From assembly GCA_000934665.2 (NCBI GenBank), contig KZ538015.1:1-64000 (forward strand): a stretch of DNA of 64,000 bases, in the 5' to 3' direction. The notes under the pieces are model-generated. The model searched no databases, was not told the DNA's origin, and was given only the letters and a program-made list of their open reading frames with translations. Position numbers and translations under genes: made by a program. Of this stretch, positions 1 through 10,363 are shown in pieces; position 1 is the stretch's first letter; every line of letters begins with the position of its first letter. This DNA comes from Catajapyx aquilonaris (Eukaryota).

Positions 1-125
1 GGGGGGGAAGGGAGAGGGATAGGGGGGAGGGGCAGGGGAGGGGGATAAGAGCAGGGGGGTTGGAGGCCGGTGGAAAAGAGAGGGGGGTAGAGGGTGACCT
101 TGTGGGGAAGGTTGGGAAGTTTGGG
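1..125. repeat. G/purine-rich low-complexity tract
   Basis: Almost entirely G and A with many GGG+ runs at the window start. Confidence 0.7.
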
Positions 126-961
126 ATCGCGCGAATTAAAAAAGAATAATAATACGATATAATAATAAAAAGTTAGAAACACACACAAAAAAAACAGCGA
201 TTTATGGAGCGGGTTTTTGGACAGTTTTTTTTTTAAACCGGGGAGGCTCCTAGAAGGTGGAATTATTTTTTTTTGTCAATAGCAAATGTGGCCCGTATAT
301 GTGTTGAAATGTAAAGGAAAACTCCCTTTGATAGTTTTTCTAAAGATGGATAGGGTTACACAGAGATATTCCGACAAATATGATCTGTATTAGGAGGATT
401 CACACTATACCGCTATATTGTCCGACGGGGAAAACTAGTTGGTTTTAATAACAATTAAATGGCTAGCAGCTGCTAAAGTTTCATAGGGTGTAACAACTAC
501 AGAATGAATAGGCTCCCGGTGTAGAAGTTGAAATGTTCGGAATATGCAATAATGGGTCAACCCACGAAAAAAACATGAGGAACATACACCCAATTAAAGG
601 ATGGTACTTCAGTTAAAATCACGCTGGTGATGTCTTCATAATTTTGCCACAAATGGCCGAAAATTTAACTCACAAATGGTGGTGTTATGCAATAATAGAT
701 CAACCCACAAAAAAATGCACAAAATTGAGCTAAGCCCGTGCACATACACCCTAAAGGATCGTACCAGTTAAAATCGCGCTTGTGAAATCTGCATACTTCT
801 GCCATAAATGACTGAAGAGAACACTGAATTTTAATTTCGCAGGTATGACCTTCAAAGCCCCTTTTTTTCTCAAAATTGTTTCTCGTGTGAGTTGACTCAT
901 TGTTGCATAACACCGTCCAATTATATAGCGATTTTCTGGCACTAAGCTGCTTATTATTTTA

Positions 962-1126
962 TAGCTGAATCCGGATATAGCAGAGTTCAAGGAACCGCGA
1001 GTCTGCTATAACTAAGGTCTGTTATATAGCCGAATACACAAGCCATATACAGCAGGGTGTTCCAGGTTCGTGGGTGACTTTTTGACATCTGATGATAGCC
1101 AGGGCTGTTATATCCGGATTCAACTG
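962..1126. mobile_element. MITE, Tc1-mariner/pogo(Tigger)-like, 165 bp
   Basis: Left TAGCTGAATCCGGATATAGCAG versus reverse complement of right end CAGTTGAATCCGGATATAACAG (19/22 identical); TA on both flanks (960-961, 1127-1128). Confidence 0.8.
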
Positions 1127-1594
1127 TATAAGCAGTTACTTTTCCAGGAGTTGCTGTTCATGGCTATTTATGAAGTAATCAGCTGTTGATTTGAGCCATA
1201 ATTGAGCCATCTATTACTGCTGTGAATTGCAATTAATTTACTTGGCCCGTTGTGTTGAACAATTGAATTTGAACGTTTTAATGTTTATTTTATAAGCAGT
1301 TACTTCTCCCATTAGTTGCTTTTCGTGGCTAACTATAAATTATCAGCTGTTGATTTGAGCCTTAATTAAGTCATCTATTACAGCTGTGAATTGCAATTAA
1401 TTTGCTAATCAGTTAGGCTGGCCCGTTGTGTGGAGCAATTTGGGTTTGAATGTTTGAACGTTTATTTTAAAAGCAGTTGCTTTTCGTGGCTAGTCTAAAG
1501 TATTATAGCTGCTGATTTTTAGCCTTAGCTGAGTCATTATTTTTATTCCAGCTGCGAATTGCAATTAATTGACTAATGAGGCTGGCCCGTAGTT
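1127..1594. repeat. Degenerate tandem repeat, ~165-180 bp unit, about 3 copies
   Basis: Units start ~1127, ~1291, ~1469; each carries AAGCAGTT..., CAGCTGTTGATTTGAGCC-like, GCTGTGAATTGCAATTAATT and TGGCCCGT in the same order. Confidence 0.85.
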
Positions 1595-2334
1595 ATCGTC
1601 AGTCTTGAACCGATTTTTAGCAGAACAGAAGTCCTTTCGGGCATCGAAAAGAAGTGGATTGTCGCAACTTAATATCAGTGTAGCTATAATGCTTTCATAA
1701 CAGTTTAAAGTAACTGCATACAATAAGCCGCTTAGTGCCAAAAATCGCACAATATGATTGGAACTGGGAACAATAAACCTGTGTCACCGTAGGCCACATG
1801 TGCTTATTATTGTTATTCATTGTTGATTACAATATTACGGAGGGTTGCATGATCTGTGGTAAATCCAGAACAAGTGGTTGATACGTGCTGTTATATAGTT
1901 ATATACGCATAGGATAAACCACTTGGTGCAGATTTACTCTTGATCATTCGTCCCATTCATCTCACGTATACAAGAGTACAACTAGGTGGGCCTTCAACTG
2001 AACCTTTGGCTTATAAGGCGCATTTTTCAGAAGATTGTTTGGTAAACTGTTGCCAATAATTGGAAGGGGAAGAAGAAGAAAAAAAAAAACTGCCCTGAAG
2101 CAGATCAAGTGTGTTTACCCTGTGTTTTTCACTGATCATATCAATCAAATACCCGTCGTATTTGTAATTCCTGTTTTGGCATACAGTAGTCCCCAGCATA
2201 TGTCAATGGTTTTCAAACAATTACAACCGGTTTAGGTTCAGTTGCACTTAACAGACGGCCTATACCGTGTTGCGTGGGTTGATCTCGTTATTAAGTAATT
2301 GTTTTATTAATTGCTACAATAACCGCAGGGATCA

Positions 2335-2627
2335 ACCGAAGCAGGTTGGTGTAGTGGATATGGAGTCCGCCTGCTAATCGGGAGGTCCTGGGTTCGAGGT
2401 TCGAATCCCGGTGCCGGCAACTCTGACCGTGGTTTTCTGTGGTTTCCCACGGTTCCTCCAGGTGAATACCGGAGTTGTTTCCTAGTTAATAGGCCACAGC
2501 CGCTTCCTTCCATCCCTATCCCGTCCCAAAAAGCGAAATAAAGTTTCCAAGAGTTCCAGCCAAAAAAAAAAAAAAATCTCCCCCCTAAAAAGCCAGAACG
2601 GCTTCAATGGGGCATGATATTATTATT
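2335..2627 (+). mobile_element. Full-length tRNA-derived SINE with 16-bp TSD
   Basis: A box TGGTGTAGTGG 2347-2357; B box GGTTCGAATCCC 2398-2409; body GGTTTTCTGTGGTTTCCC...AGGCCACAGCCGCTTCCTTCC; (ATT)n tail; perfect TSD ATAACCGCAGGGATCA at 2319-2334 and 2628-2643. Confidence 0.93.
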
Positions 2628-5600
2628 ATAACCGCAGGGATCAGATAAAACCGCAGCATGCATAATAATGTCTTCAGAATATTACATCGCATCTATACGC
2701 ATATATACCCAGCGTAAACCATAAACAAATGCTCTGCTGGTACTTCCGAACTTGATACCCCGGTTTTTTCCCTCCTTCTGTTGCAATTACTGTTGCTTTA
2801 TAAACAGCGTGTATTTGTATACCCAGAGTGAGGCTTCCAGTATACTAACACCGCGGGTTTTACCCTTGTTTCCCAAACTTGTTTATAAATCCGGCGTATT
2901 TTGCATACCTGCTGTACCTGCTGCAGTAGTGCAACCGGTCCTATAAAGGTGAAATTGCAGCTTATTGAATCCGGGTTTTTAATCATTGCAATTAAGGCAC
3001 TTTATCGACAATAAGCTACGCAATTGTGTCATATACCTCAGGTTTATTAGTGTTCTGATGTTATAATGTATCCCCGAATAATACGGGCGTAATTGCTTTA
3101 TTTAAGTCTGGTTTTAACTATTGGCAAATTTTGTTAATCAATGAGGAAATACCACAGGTTAATCCTGGCCATTAACCGTGACCTAATAGCAATACACGTG
3201 GTTCAACAGTCCAAAATAATGTAAATATGATTTTCATATTTATTTTTTTGTTTATTGATGATAAGAAGGACAAAATTGTGATTAAACTGCTTGTTTCGAT
3301 CGAGCATAAAATGAGGTTTGCAATATTCTCGGTTTATTTATAGTGTGAGAGGACAGCCACTCTGTTCATTATTCAGCATACTGCAAAATTTTTGCATATG
3401 TCATGCTGACTAATCAACGTTTGTATGGGCAAGAGCCGAGTGGGACCAATTATTAAATTGCCATGAACTTACCGAATTACTCCAGTGAAAGAAGTAAAAT
3501 TCGTGGCAATTAAAAATGACAAATTGTTGTGAACGCCAAATTTACCTGGACATTGCAAATTAACCCGATTCGAAATAACTGAGTGCCAATATTTTTTTCA
3601 ATTTTGATCGTTTTTATTATTATTTTCATGCTGGAGACAAAATTGATAAGGGGGCCATCGGATATTTCAAACACTATTGCGAATTTTTAGGGGACGCGAT
3701 TAAAACAGGGCGTTGGCGTTTCGGATATTGCAGCATTTTTGCACATGCGTTGAGCCGATTGTCCCAATTTGGGGGCTCTGCAAACGGACAGGGGGGTTGG
3801 CTCAAGATTTTTCAGGAGGGTAGTTGGAAATGGGGGGGGGGGAATATTTTGCGAATTTTCCTTCCCCCCCTCCCCCCTCCTTCATTAGCCTGAGGCTGGG
3901 GAGAAGGACGAAGGGGCGTTTTTTGCGCCTGCGTTTGGGGAGGGTTTTTTTCCCATCTCAGTCCTACCTAGATTTCTTCTCATCATAATTTAGATAACGC
4001 GCTGAACCAATTCGCAAAAGTCGGTACTATTCGGGCGAAATCTGTATCGGAATTTCTGGAAAACCTTTCCCGAAATTATTGCAATCTGCTGGCCGATGTC
4101 GAAGGGACGAGGTATTAGTTTGCGAATTTTTTAAAAGGGCGAAAGGTGCATTGTGCGCATGCGTCGTGGGATTTACGAGTTAGCCTCACTCCGCCCCTCA
4201 ATTTTTGCAATGCCGGGTTTTCAACACTGCAAATATTTTTAGCGCATGTGTCGTGAGATTAAACTCGGTTTTTGCACTGGATGAACTCCCCAAGTTGCCA
4301 AAATTTTGTATACAAGACCCTCAGATATGCGGGCTGGATTTTTCGCAAAGGTATACCTCGCAATTTTGGGAACAGGAAGTACTTGTTTGTGCGAATGCGT
4401 TGCAGGGAAGTTTTTAAGCGGGGTGGGCCCCCTTCACAATTGGGGGGCCACTGTGGGGAGTGAGGGGGTGAGGAGGGGGCGCATTTCAAGGACATAACCC
4501 TGGTGCCACTTTGGTTTGCGAAATAAAAAAATGCGCAAGGTGTAGGCCATGCTCTAGGATCTATGCAGCAGGGGGGCAAGAAAAGTGTACTGTAAGCATG
4601 TATTTCTGATAAGCATATTTTGCAATTTTAGGCTACTAAAACCTGGCCACCTTGACAATGTTGCGATGCGAATCTCCATACCTCGTGGGGAAGGTTGGGC
4701 TGGCAATAAGAATTATTTTGGCCATGAGTTTTTGGAGTCGTGTTGCAATTTTTTGGAGAGGAAGTGCCTCTTTGTTTTTGCACGTGCGTTTGGCAGATTC
4801 AAAAAAAAAACTTGTTTGGAGGACATCCTGTATGTATGACAATTTCCTCTCCGATTCACTTTATTAACAAATCGGCAAATCCTTAAACAAAATTGTTGAG
4901 AAGACTCCCTACAGTTTTGCAGCGTCTAATTAACACCACACCTTTTTGGCAGCCAATTCGCCTCTCCAAATACAGCCAATCAGAGCGTGCCGTGAGTTCA
5001 GCAAAAAAAAATTGCAAACCTTTCCCCCCCAACCCCTACCTCACCTGCACGGCCGTAACAAGGATGCAAACTAGAAGTTATGCGCGTCGTTTTCGGGAGT
5101 TGTGTTGCAATATNCCCCCCCCCCTCCTCCCCCCCCTCTTCAATTTGGGCTACTTTTTTTTTGCGTTGTGTGCAAGCCCACTTCCTTCAACCTAAACCTG
5201 GGTAAATCCTTCCAAAAACTGATCGGAATCCCTGCCCAGTCCTTTTTTTGATCCTATTCACTCCACAGAGAAGATATTCGCATGCGGAAAGAAGCGCAAA
5301 AAAAAGCAGAACCTTTCGTGGAAAGAGGCCATTAAAAAACATATATTCGCACGAATCTGAGCCGCCTTATCACCTCAAAATACGACTTTTTTTCTTTTTT
5401 TTTCTCTCGCTCTCTTCCCAACAGAACTATTGCAGTACACCCTGCAAAACCACATGGGAGTTATAACTGGGGAGTGGTCCTTTCTTCCTCTCCTGCTACC
5501 ACCAGATAATGTCTGTCACAAAAAGGACGAAAAAAAGTGGGTCCTGGCACGCCTTCAATTACTTAAGGGGACTCTTCATTATGCAAAAACCAGGGGGTTG

Positions 5601-5821
5601 AAATTTTTGGCCTTTTTTACATATAAGAAAATCCCAATCAGCAGAGCAACGGTCAGCAACAATGAATCGCACTTCCACACTTGAATTAGCACATTTGTAA
5701 AAATTTTGACGATTTTTGGGACCAGCAAAAAATTTCCTCAGAGTTACGACACGTTATCAGATTTTTGCATGCCCTGAATTGACATTTTCCGTATAGTATA
5801 CAGCACATGACCTAGTGGGAA

Positions 5822-7313
5822 TCATGGTATGTCAAAGGTTGAACTCTCTTCAGCATATCCCTCCGTAACAGTGGGCAACATGGATAATTTGTTCGACTTG
5901 TATTGTAACTTTTTTTTTTTGTTGTGCTCTTGTGCAAGTAATTTCTCGGAGGTAATAACAGCGGCAAAATTATGACAAGATGGCAATTGAATACCGTTAT
6001 GTTGCGACACAATCATGAACTTTAGAAACCCGGGGCCATTTCTGTCAAATTGATTACAACCCCCACCCCCACCCCTCCCCACTGCCATTCCCTCTCTACC
6101 CAACTGATAGGTTATCGACAGGAAAAAAAATAAAAAAAAATAAAAAAGGAAAGTGATCCCTCCTTGCATTTCTGACAAGATTAGAGTTGAGAAACCCCTT
6201 AGCCCACCTGCAGGCCACTCGTAGATGACCTAGGATTGAGGACATCCTTGCAGGAGTTATTTTTCCCGTTTGACTGATAACGCAGTTAGGTGTTGGCCCA
6301 TCCTTATCTGTTTTCGGGATTTTTTTTTGACGGGGGAAAGTTAAGGGGCCTCTTTTATTTGGATGTAGTGCTGACCTTTATTTATATGTTGAGGGGCACC
6401 GGTAAATGTACCGGTATTTACAGGCATAAGCTGGTCAATAAAAGTCATAGTGCGCTTTTGAGGTTATATTTTATAGTTTATAGTAGCAATGTCACTCTGG
6501 TAACCTCGAGGATAATATTTTATTATGACGTCACCATATGCTCACCTTTGCCTAAATTATTCCCGAGCGAAAAGTAAAGAATATAATCCTGTTGTCCGAG
6601 AAATGGACCTTGATTGAAGTTGCAGGTATTGCTATAATGTTTTATGGCAAAGGTTTTTTTGTTTACCCCACCTGAATGTTGTTACATCTGATTATGTGCG
6701 CATATGTTTGGTTGCGCGACAATAGAACTTTATTTGTGCCTTTGGCGTGACCGTGAAAATGTCGCTCGTATTTTTTCGGTGTTGTAATCGCTAGCAACAA
6801 GTTACCTTGGTGTGCGTATCAAACCACGCCATCTATTGCAGGTCTATAGTCCTAGTCTGATATCGACGGCAGAGGACCGTAGGAACTCTCTCCAATGCAG
6901 ATAAAACTGATGGGGCTGTAGATTACAATATTGGAATCTATGCTTACATAGTATGCATTCATGTTATCTCTGATAACTGCATAAGGACAGCATTGCCGTA
7001 GGACACACGTTAAATCTTATCCACTGAGATTATTATGTTATTAGTGCTAATCATCTGTATGTGTATTCATTTTTGAAATATTATTTTTTTTGTAGAGCAG
7101 AAAAATGGTTCGCTATTTCCGCTGTAATACTGTCATTTTGCACTATTTTGGCTGGTAACACATATGAAACAGTTTAAAAAATGTATCACTGGAATTTGCT
7201 ACTCAGCTTTACTCAGAACGTTCCCTGTGCAAAAGGTAACGTACGACTCACCAGTAATATTTTATCACTAATTGAACACCAGTTTCTGTGCCGCAGGGAC
7301 TGGAATCGCGAGG
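5822..7313 (-). pseudogene. Hidden 6-exon gene model (intact gene with consensus errors, or pseudogene); possible degenerate EF-hand, EFCAB9-like protein
   Basis: Exons 7313-7252, 6832-6806, 6751-6672, 6631-6546, 6307-6208, 6041-5822 join in compatible phase at all five junctions with GT donors. Defects: acceptor TTTTCACG instead of TTTTCAG before 6751, in-frame TAA at 6694-6692, one intron of only 40 nt. Start codon not resolved. Confidence 0.45.
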
Positions 7314-7489
7314 CTACCCATTCATATTATGTTAATGACATAATTTAGCGCGACCTGGATTCCTCCATATTAATTAGTTAAGACTTGCTCCACGATACGA
7401 TATTGTCATCCGTATCCAACATGGCAGACTGTTGCGTCACGCCTGATCGATATGCAACCCCATAAAACGAGCAAGGATTACGAGTTGTC

Positions 7490-9380
7490 TACCCAATCAG
7501 GATGAAACTACTGCAGATTGTTCGCAGTCAGTGTCTATTTATTTGGTAGGATCAATGAAATTGGATTATTGTCATGTATGCTGTGATAATACATAATATC
7601 GTTAATACCAATATTTGGGGTGCGGAATAAAAATCAAACAGCCACTTGCTAATTGGTAATCATATATCTGGAGGGCAGGGTTGATTGGTCCAAGCTTGTT
7701 GCAGCTTTTATAAAATGTTCTGTGCATATTCCTCCAGAGCAGACACGCCACCCCAAAGCGACTTGAAGCCCTGAGGCCAGTCCCGAATTTATAATGAGAA
7801 CCGGCAGCACACCAACCCCCCTTCATTTGCTTGTCCACCACTTATCGAACTTCTGCCGCCTTATTGATTTTTCTCAGGGGTTATTTTTTTTGTACAATTT
7901 TTGTTGCAAAACGGACCAACCCACTTTTGAGGTGTATACACCTTATGGCGCATACCAAAGTATGAGTACATAACGGTGCACTTTGGCTTCTTATTCGGGC
8001 GTTGTACCGCAGTGTCAACCCCCCCGGAAAAAAAATCCTCCCCATCCGAAATTGCCACAATGAGACAGTATTATCATGTCAGTAACCCCTCCTCTACCAC
8101 CCCCTAAGCCCCCCCCCCCTCACCGCCCCTCCCCCCTACACCTTCCGTCCCCATCGATCGACATTTTCTTCTGACCCTATGCTCAGTTCGTTACGTAATG
8201 TGTGAACGACCCCTACAGGCACAGCAAAATTGTACGCAGTGCACAATATTTTAAAATTTATTCAGTCGCATTTGGTCAGGGCGACCAAAGTGACCGATGG
8301 TCAAACATATGTAACCTGTGCATGATAATAAGTAACAGGTAACACATATTATGTGCAGAGCATACCTTCCAAGTGCAAGAGGAAGAATAAAAAAAACACA
8401 CTCACACACACGTTAGAATCCTAACTCGCATTATGAACGTGTGTGGTGACCTGCTTAACTGGATTCCTTCTCCGGTTTTTTTCTTATTTTTGTAACGAAG
8501 GGCAGCAGATGTAACGGGAAAGGTTTGGACGCCAGTTCCTTCTTAATTACAGGACAGTGGAACAAGGTTGAAGCTTTATTTTTGACAGCTTGTTTTTGCC
8601 AATATTCGTAACCGATGATACACTGAACTGCAGTCATCTCTTAACTGTCAGTTAAAATATTGGAGACAGATGAACGTATCGGCAACTTATTATGATAGTG
8701 GAGATAACCATATATCATTGTAGCGTACATTAGAAGTAAACATAGTTGCCTCCATTATTGTCCAGACGAGAGAGAATTGAAGCATATTCAAAAAAATTAT
8801 TATATAAATATCAAAATCTCGGAAATTATTATCAAAAGTCGCATACCAAGTGCGAAAACAACCCAGCAACATTGCCAGAAATACGCCAGACAACAAAACC
8901 GGTCTGGCTATTTTTTTATATAAATATTGCTTTTAATTATATAAGCACGAATGTTGGCTGAGAATCTAGCTACCATTACATTTCCCCCCCCCCTCCCCCC
9001 CCTCCCCCCTAACCTTATCTTTCCTAGCGTTAGCCCTTTTTTTCGTACATATTTTATGCAATTACAAGTTTACAACGCAAGGCATAGAGATTGTGCAATT
9101 CGCAGGTAATTCCCATTTTTATATACGTGAGGGACATGCGGAGAATTTTTCGTTCATGGGAAGAATGTCACTTGAAGGTCGCCCCTCGCATATGTAAATG
9201 AGGGTGGTTTGGTCAGTTTGAAAAGCACAATTTTAACCCCCAGACGCAATCGATAAATTCATTATTGCCCCGGATGCAATAATAATGCGAAATTAATATA
9301 TTCCGACCGATATCACACACGCACATTGCTTGCAGCACAAATCGGCTCGCAGCATCCACACCACCCAATTAGTACACGCC
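7490..9380 (-). other. Possible fragments of a multi-pass membrane protein gene (frameshifted)
   Basis: Hydrophobic minus-strand reading segments: PVLLSGVFLAMLLGCFRTW then gtatgc (~8903-8847), MLQFSLVWTIMEATMF (~8785-8740), ILVLTILCIITAYMTIIQF (~7615-7558). Not joinable into one frame. Confidence 0.2.
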
Positions 9381-10093
9381 GAATTGAATTTTTAATATAT
9401 ATTAGCTTGATTGGACTTTTTTTTTGGGAGGTAAGCAAGTGAAGTCTGCTAGTCAAGTACCGTACATACTACACCGTCTCATACCCTCCCTAGCCTCAAC
9501 GCCCCCCCTTAAAAATTTCGAAGGTTGTTTAGAAGATACGCAACCCACACCCTGGGCCCGTAAAATGTCAAAAGGACGGTGCATGACTCATGAAGAAATA
9601 GAAAGGGGGGAGGTATGGCTTGTACAGAGCTATAAGGTGGGGTTTTGAGAGGGGGGGCTGCTGGAAGGGAAAGGGGGAAGGGTAGAGGGTAAGGGTGGGG
9701 TGGGAATCCATTGTCCCTAGGAAAAGTCGCGGACGGCGTGTATAGGATACGGTATATACCAGTATTGGGCGGTTGGGTAGAGTCGGGCTCGAGCCAAGCT
9801 TTTCATGGAGGTTGGGTCTAGCTCGGGAGCACACGCCATCCCATCTTGGATCCGCTGGCTCTTGCATGATGCCAGGGTCCAAACAAACACAACACCACCG
9901 GTTTTTGGCGGGGGATTTTTTTTTGGACAGGAACAGCTCGCTAATGACCATAATAGGGGTGAAATATTTGTTTAAAAAAATTTGGGCTGTCTTATGAACA
10001 CTAATTTTCCAATATTATTGATGCAAAAAAAAAACTAAATCATATATGCCGGCTAGTGATCAAGGCCGGATCGCGCGATTGGAAAATAATATA

Positions 10094-10194
10094 TAGGGTG
10101 ACTCAAAAGTCTGGACACTTATAGGTAATAATATTGTTGCCAGGATATACCAATTGTCAACCAACAATGTGTCCAAGACTTTAGAGTCACCCTG
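10094..10194. mobile_element. MITE, Tc1/mariner type (CAGGGTG ends), 101 bp
   Basis: Left TAGGGTGACTCAAAAGTCTGGACAC versus right reverse complement CAGGGTGACTCTAAAGTCTTGGACAC; TA flanks. Confidence 0.85.
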
Positions 10195-10250
10195 TATATT
10201 TGTGGACCCAATTCATTGTTGGCGCAACTGCCGCAACAGTTAATAACAAT

Positions 10251-10363
10251 GGGTGGAATTTTTGTCCCACTGTTAGTTACTGCTAATTTAGCAGTACCAG
10301 AGTGTTGGGGATGGTTACTGCTAAGTTAGCAGTAACTATAGCTGTGGGACGAAAATTGCACCC
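10251..10363. mobile_element. Palindromic MITE (GGGTGGAATTTT ends), family copy 1
   Basis: ~50-bp inverted arms GGGTGGAATTTTTGTCCCAC...TTACTGCTAATTTAGCAGTA and TACTGCTAAGTTAGCAGTAAC...GTGGGACGAAAATTGCACCC; second copy at 53274-53371. Confidence 0.85.

Larger units (their letters stand above)
280..5780 (+). other. Cryptic multi-small-exon gene or gene remnant, product unknown, not reconstructable
   Basis: Several YAG|open frame|GT blocks on +: 3972-4111 (ISSHHNLDNALNQFAKVGTIRAKSVSEFLENLSRNYCNLLADVEGT), 4632-4693 (LLKPGHLDNVAMRISIPRGE), 4923-4991 (RLINTTPFWQPIRLSKYSQSERA|gtgagt), from 5506 (NVCHKKDEKKWVLARLQLLKGTLHYAKT). Other blocks contain stops or frameshifts; homopolymer-rich sequence with an N at 5114. 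Outer limits approximate. Confidence 0.3.

Noticed and set aside
1127..1594. CRISPR-like repeat/spacer array
   Set aside because: Whole units are homologous with no unique spacers; eukaryotic context and no cas genes.
2335..2420. tRNA gene (GCT anticodon-like loop)
   Set aside because: Acceptor stem is poor, the T-arm is partly duplicated, and it continues into a SINE body with tail and TSD.
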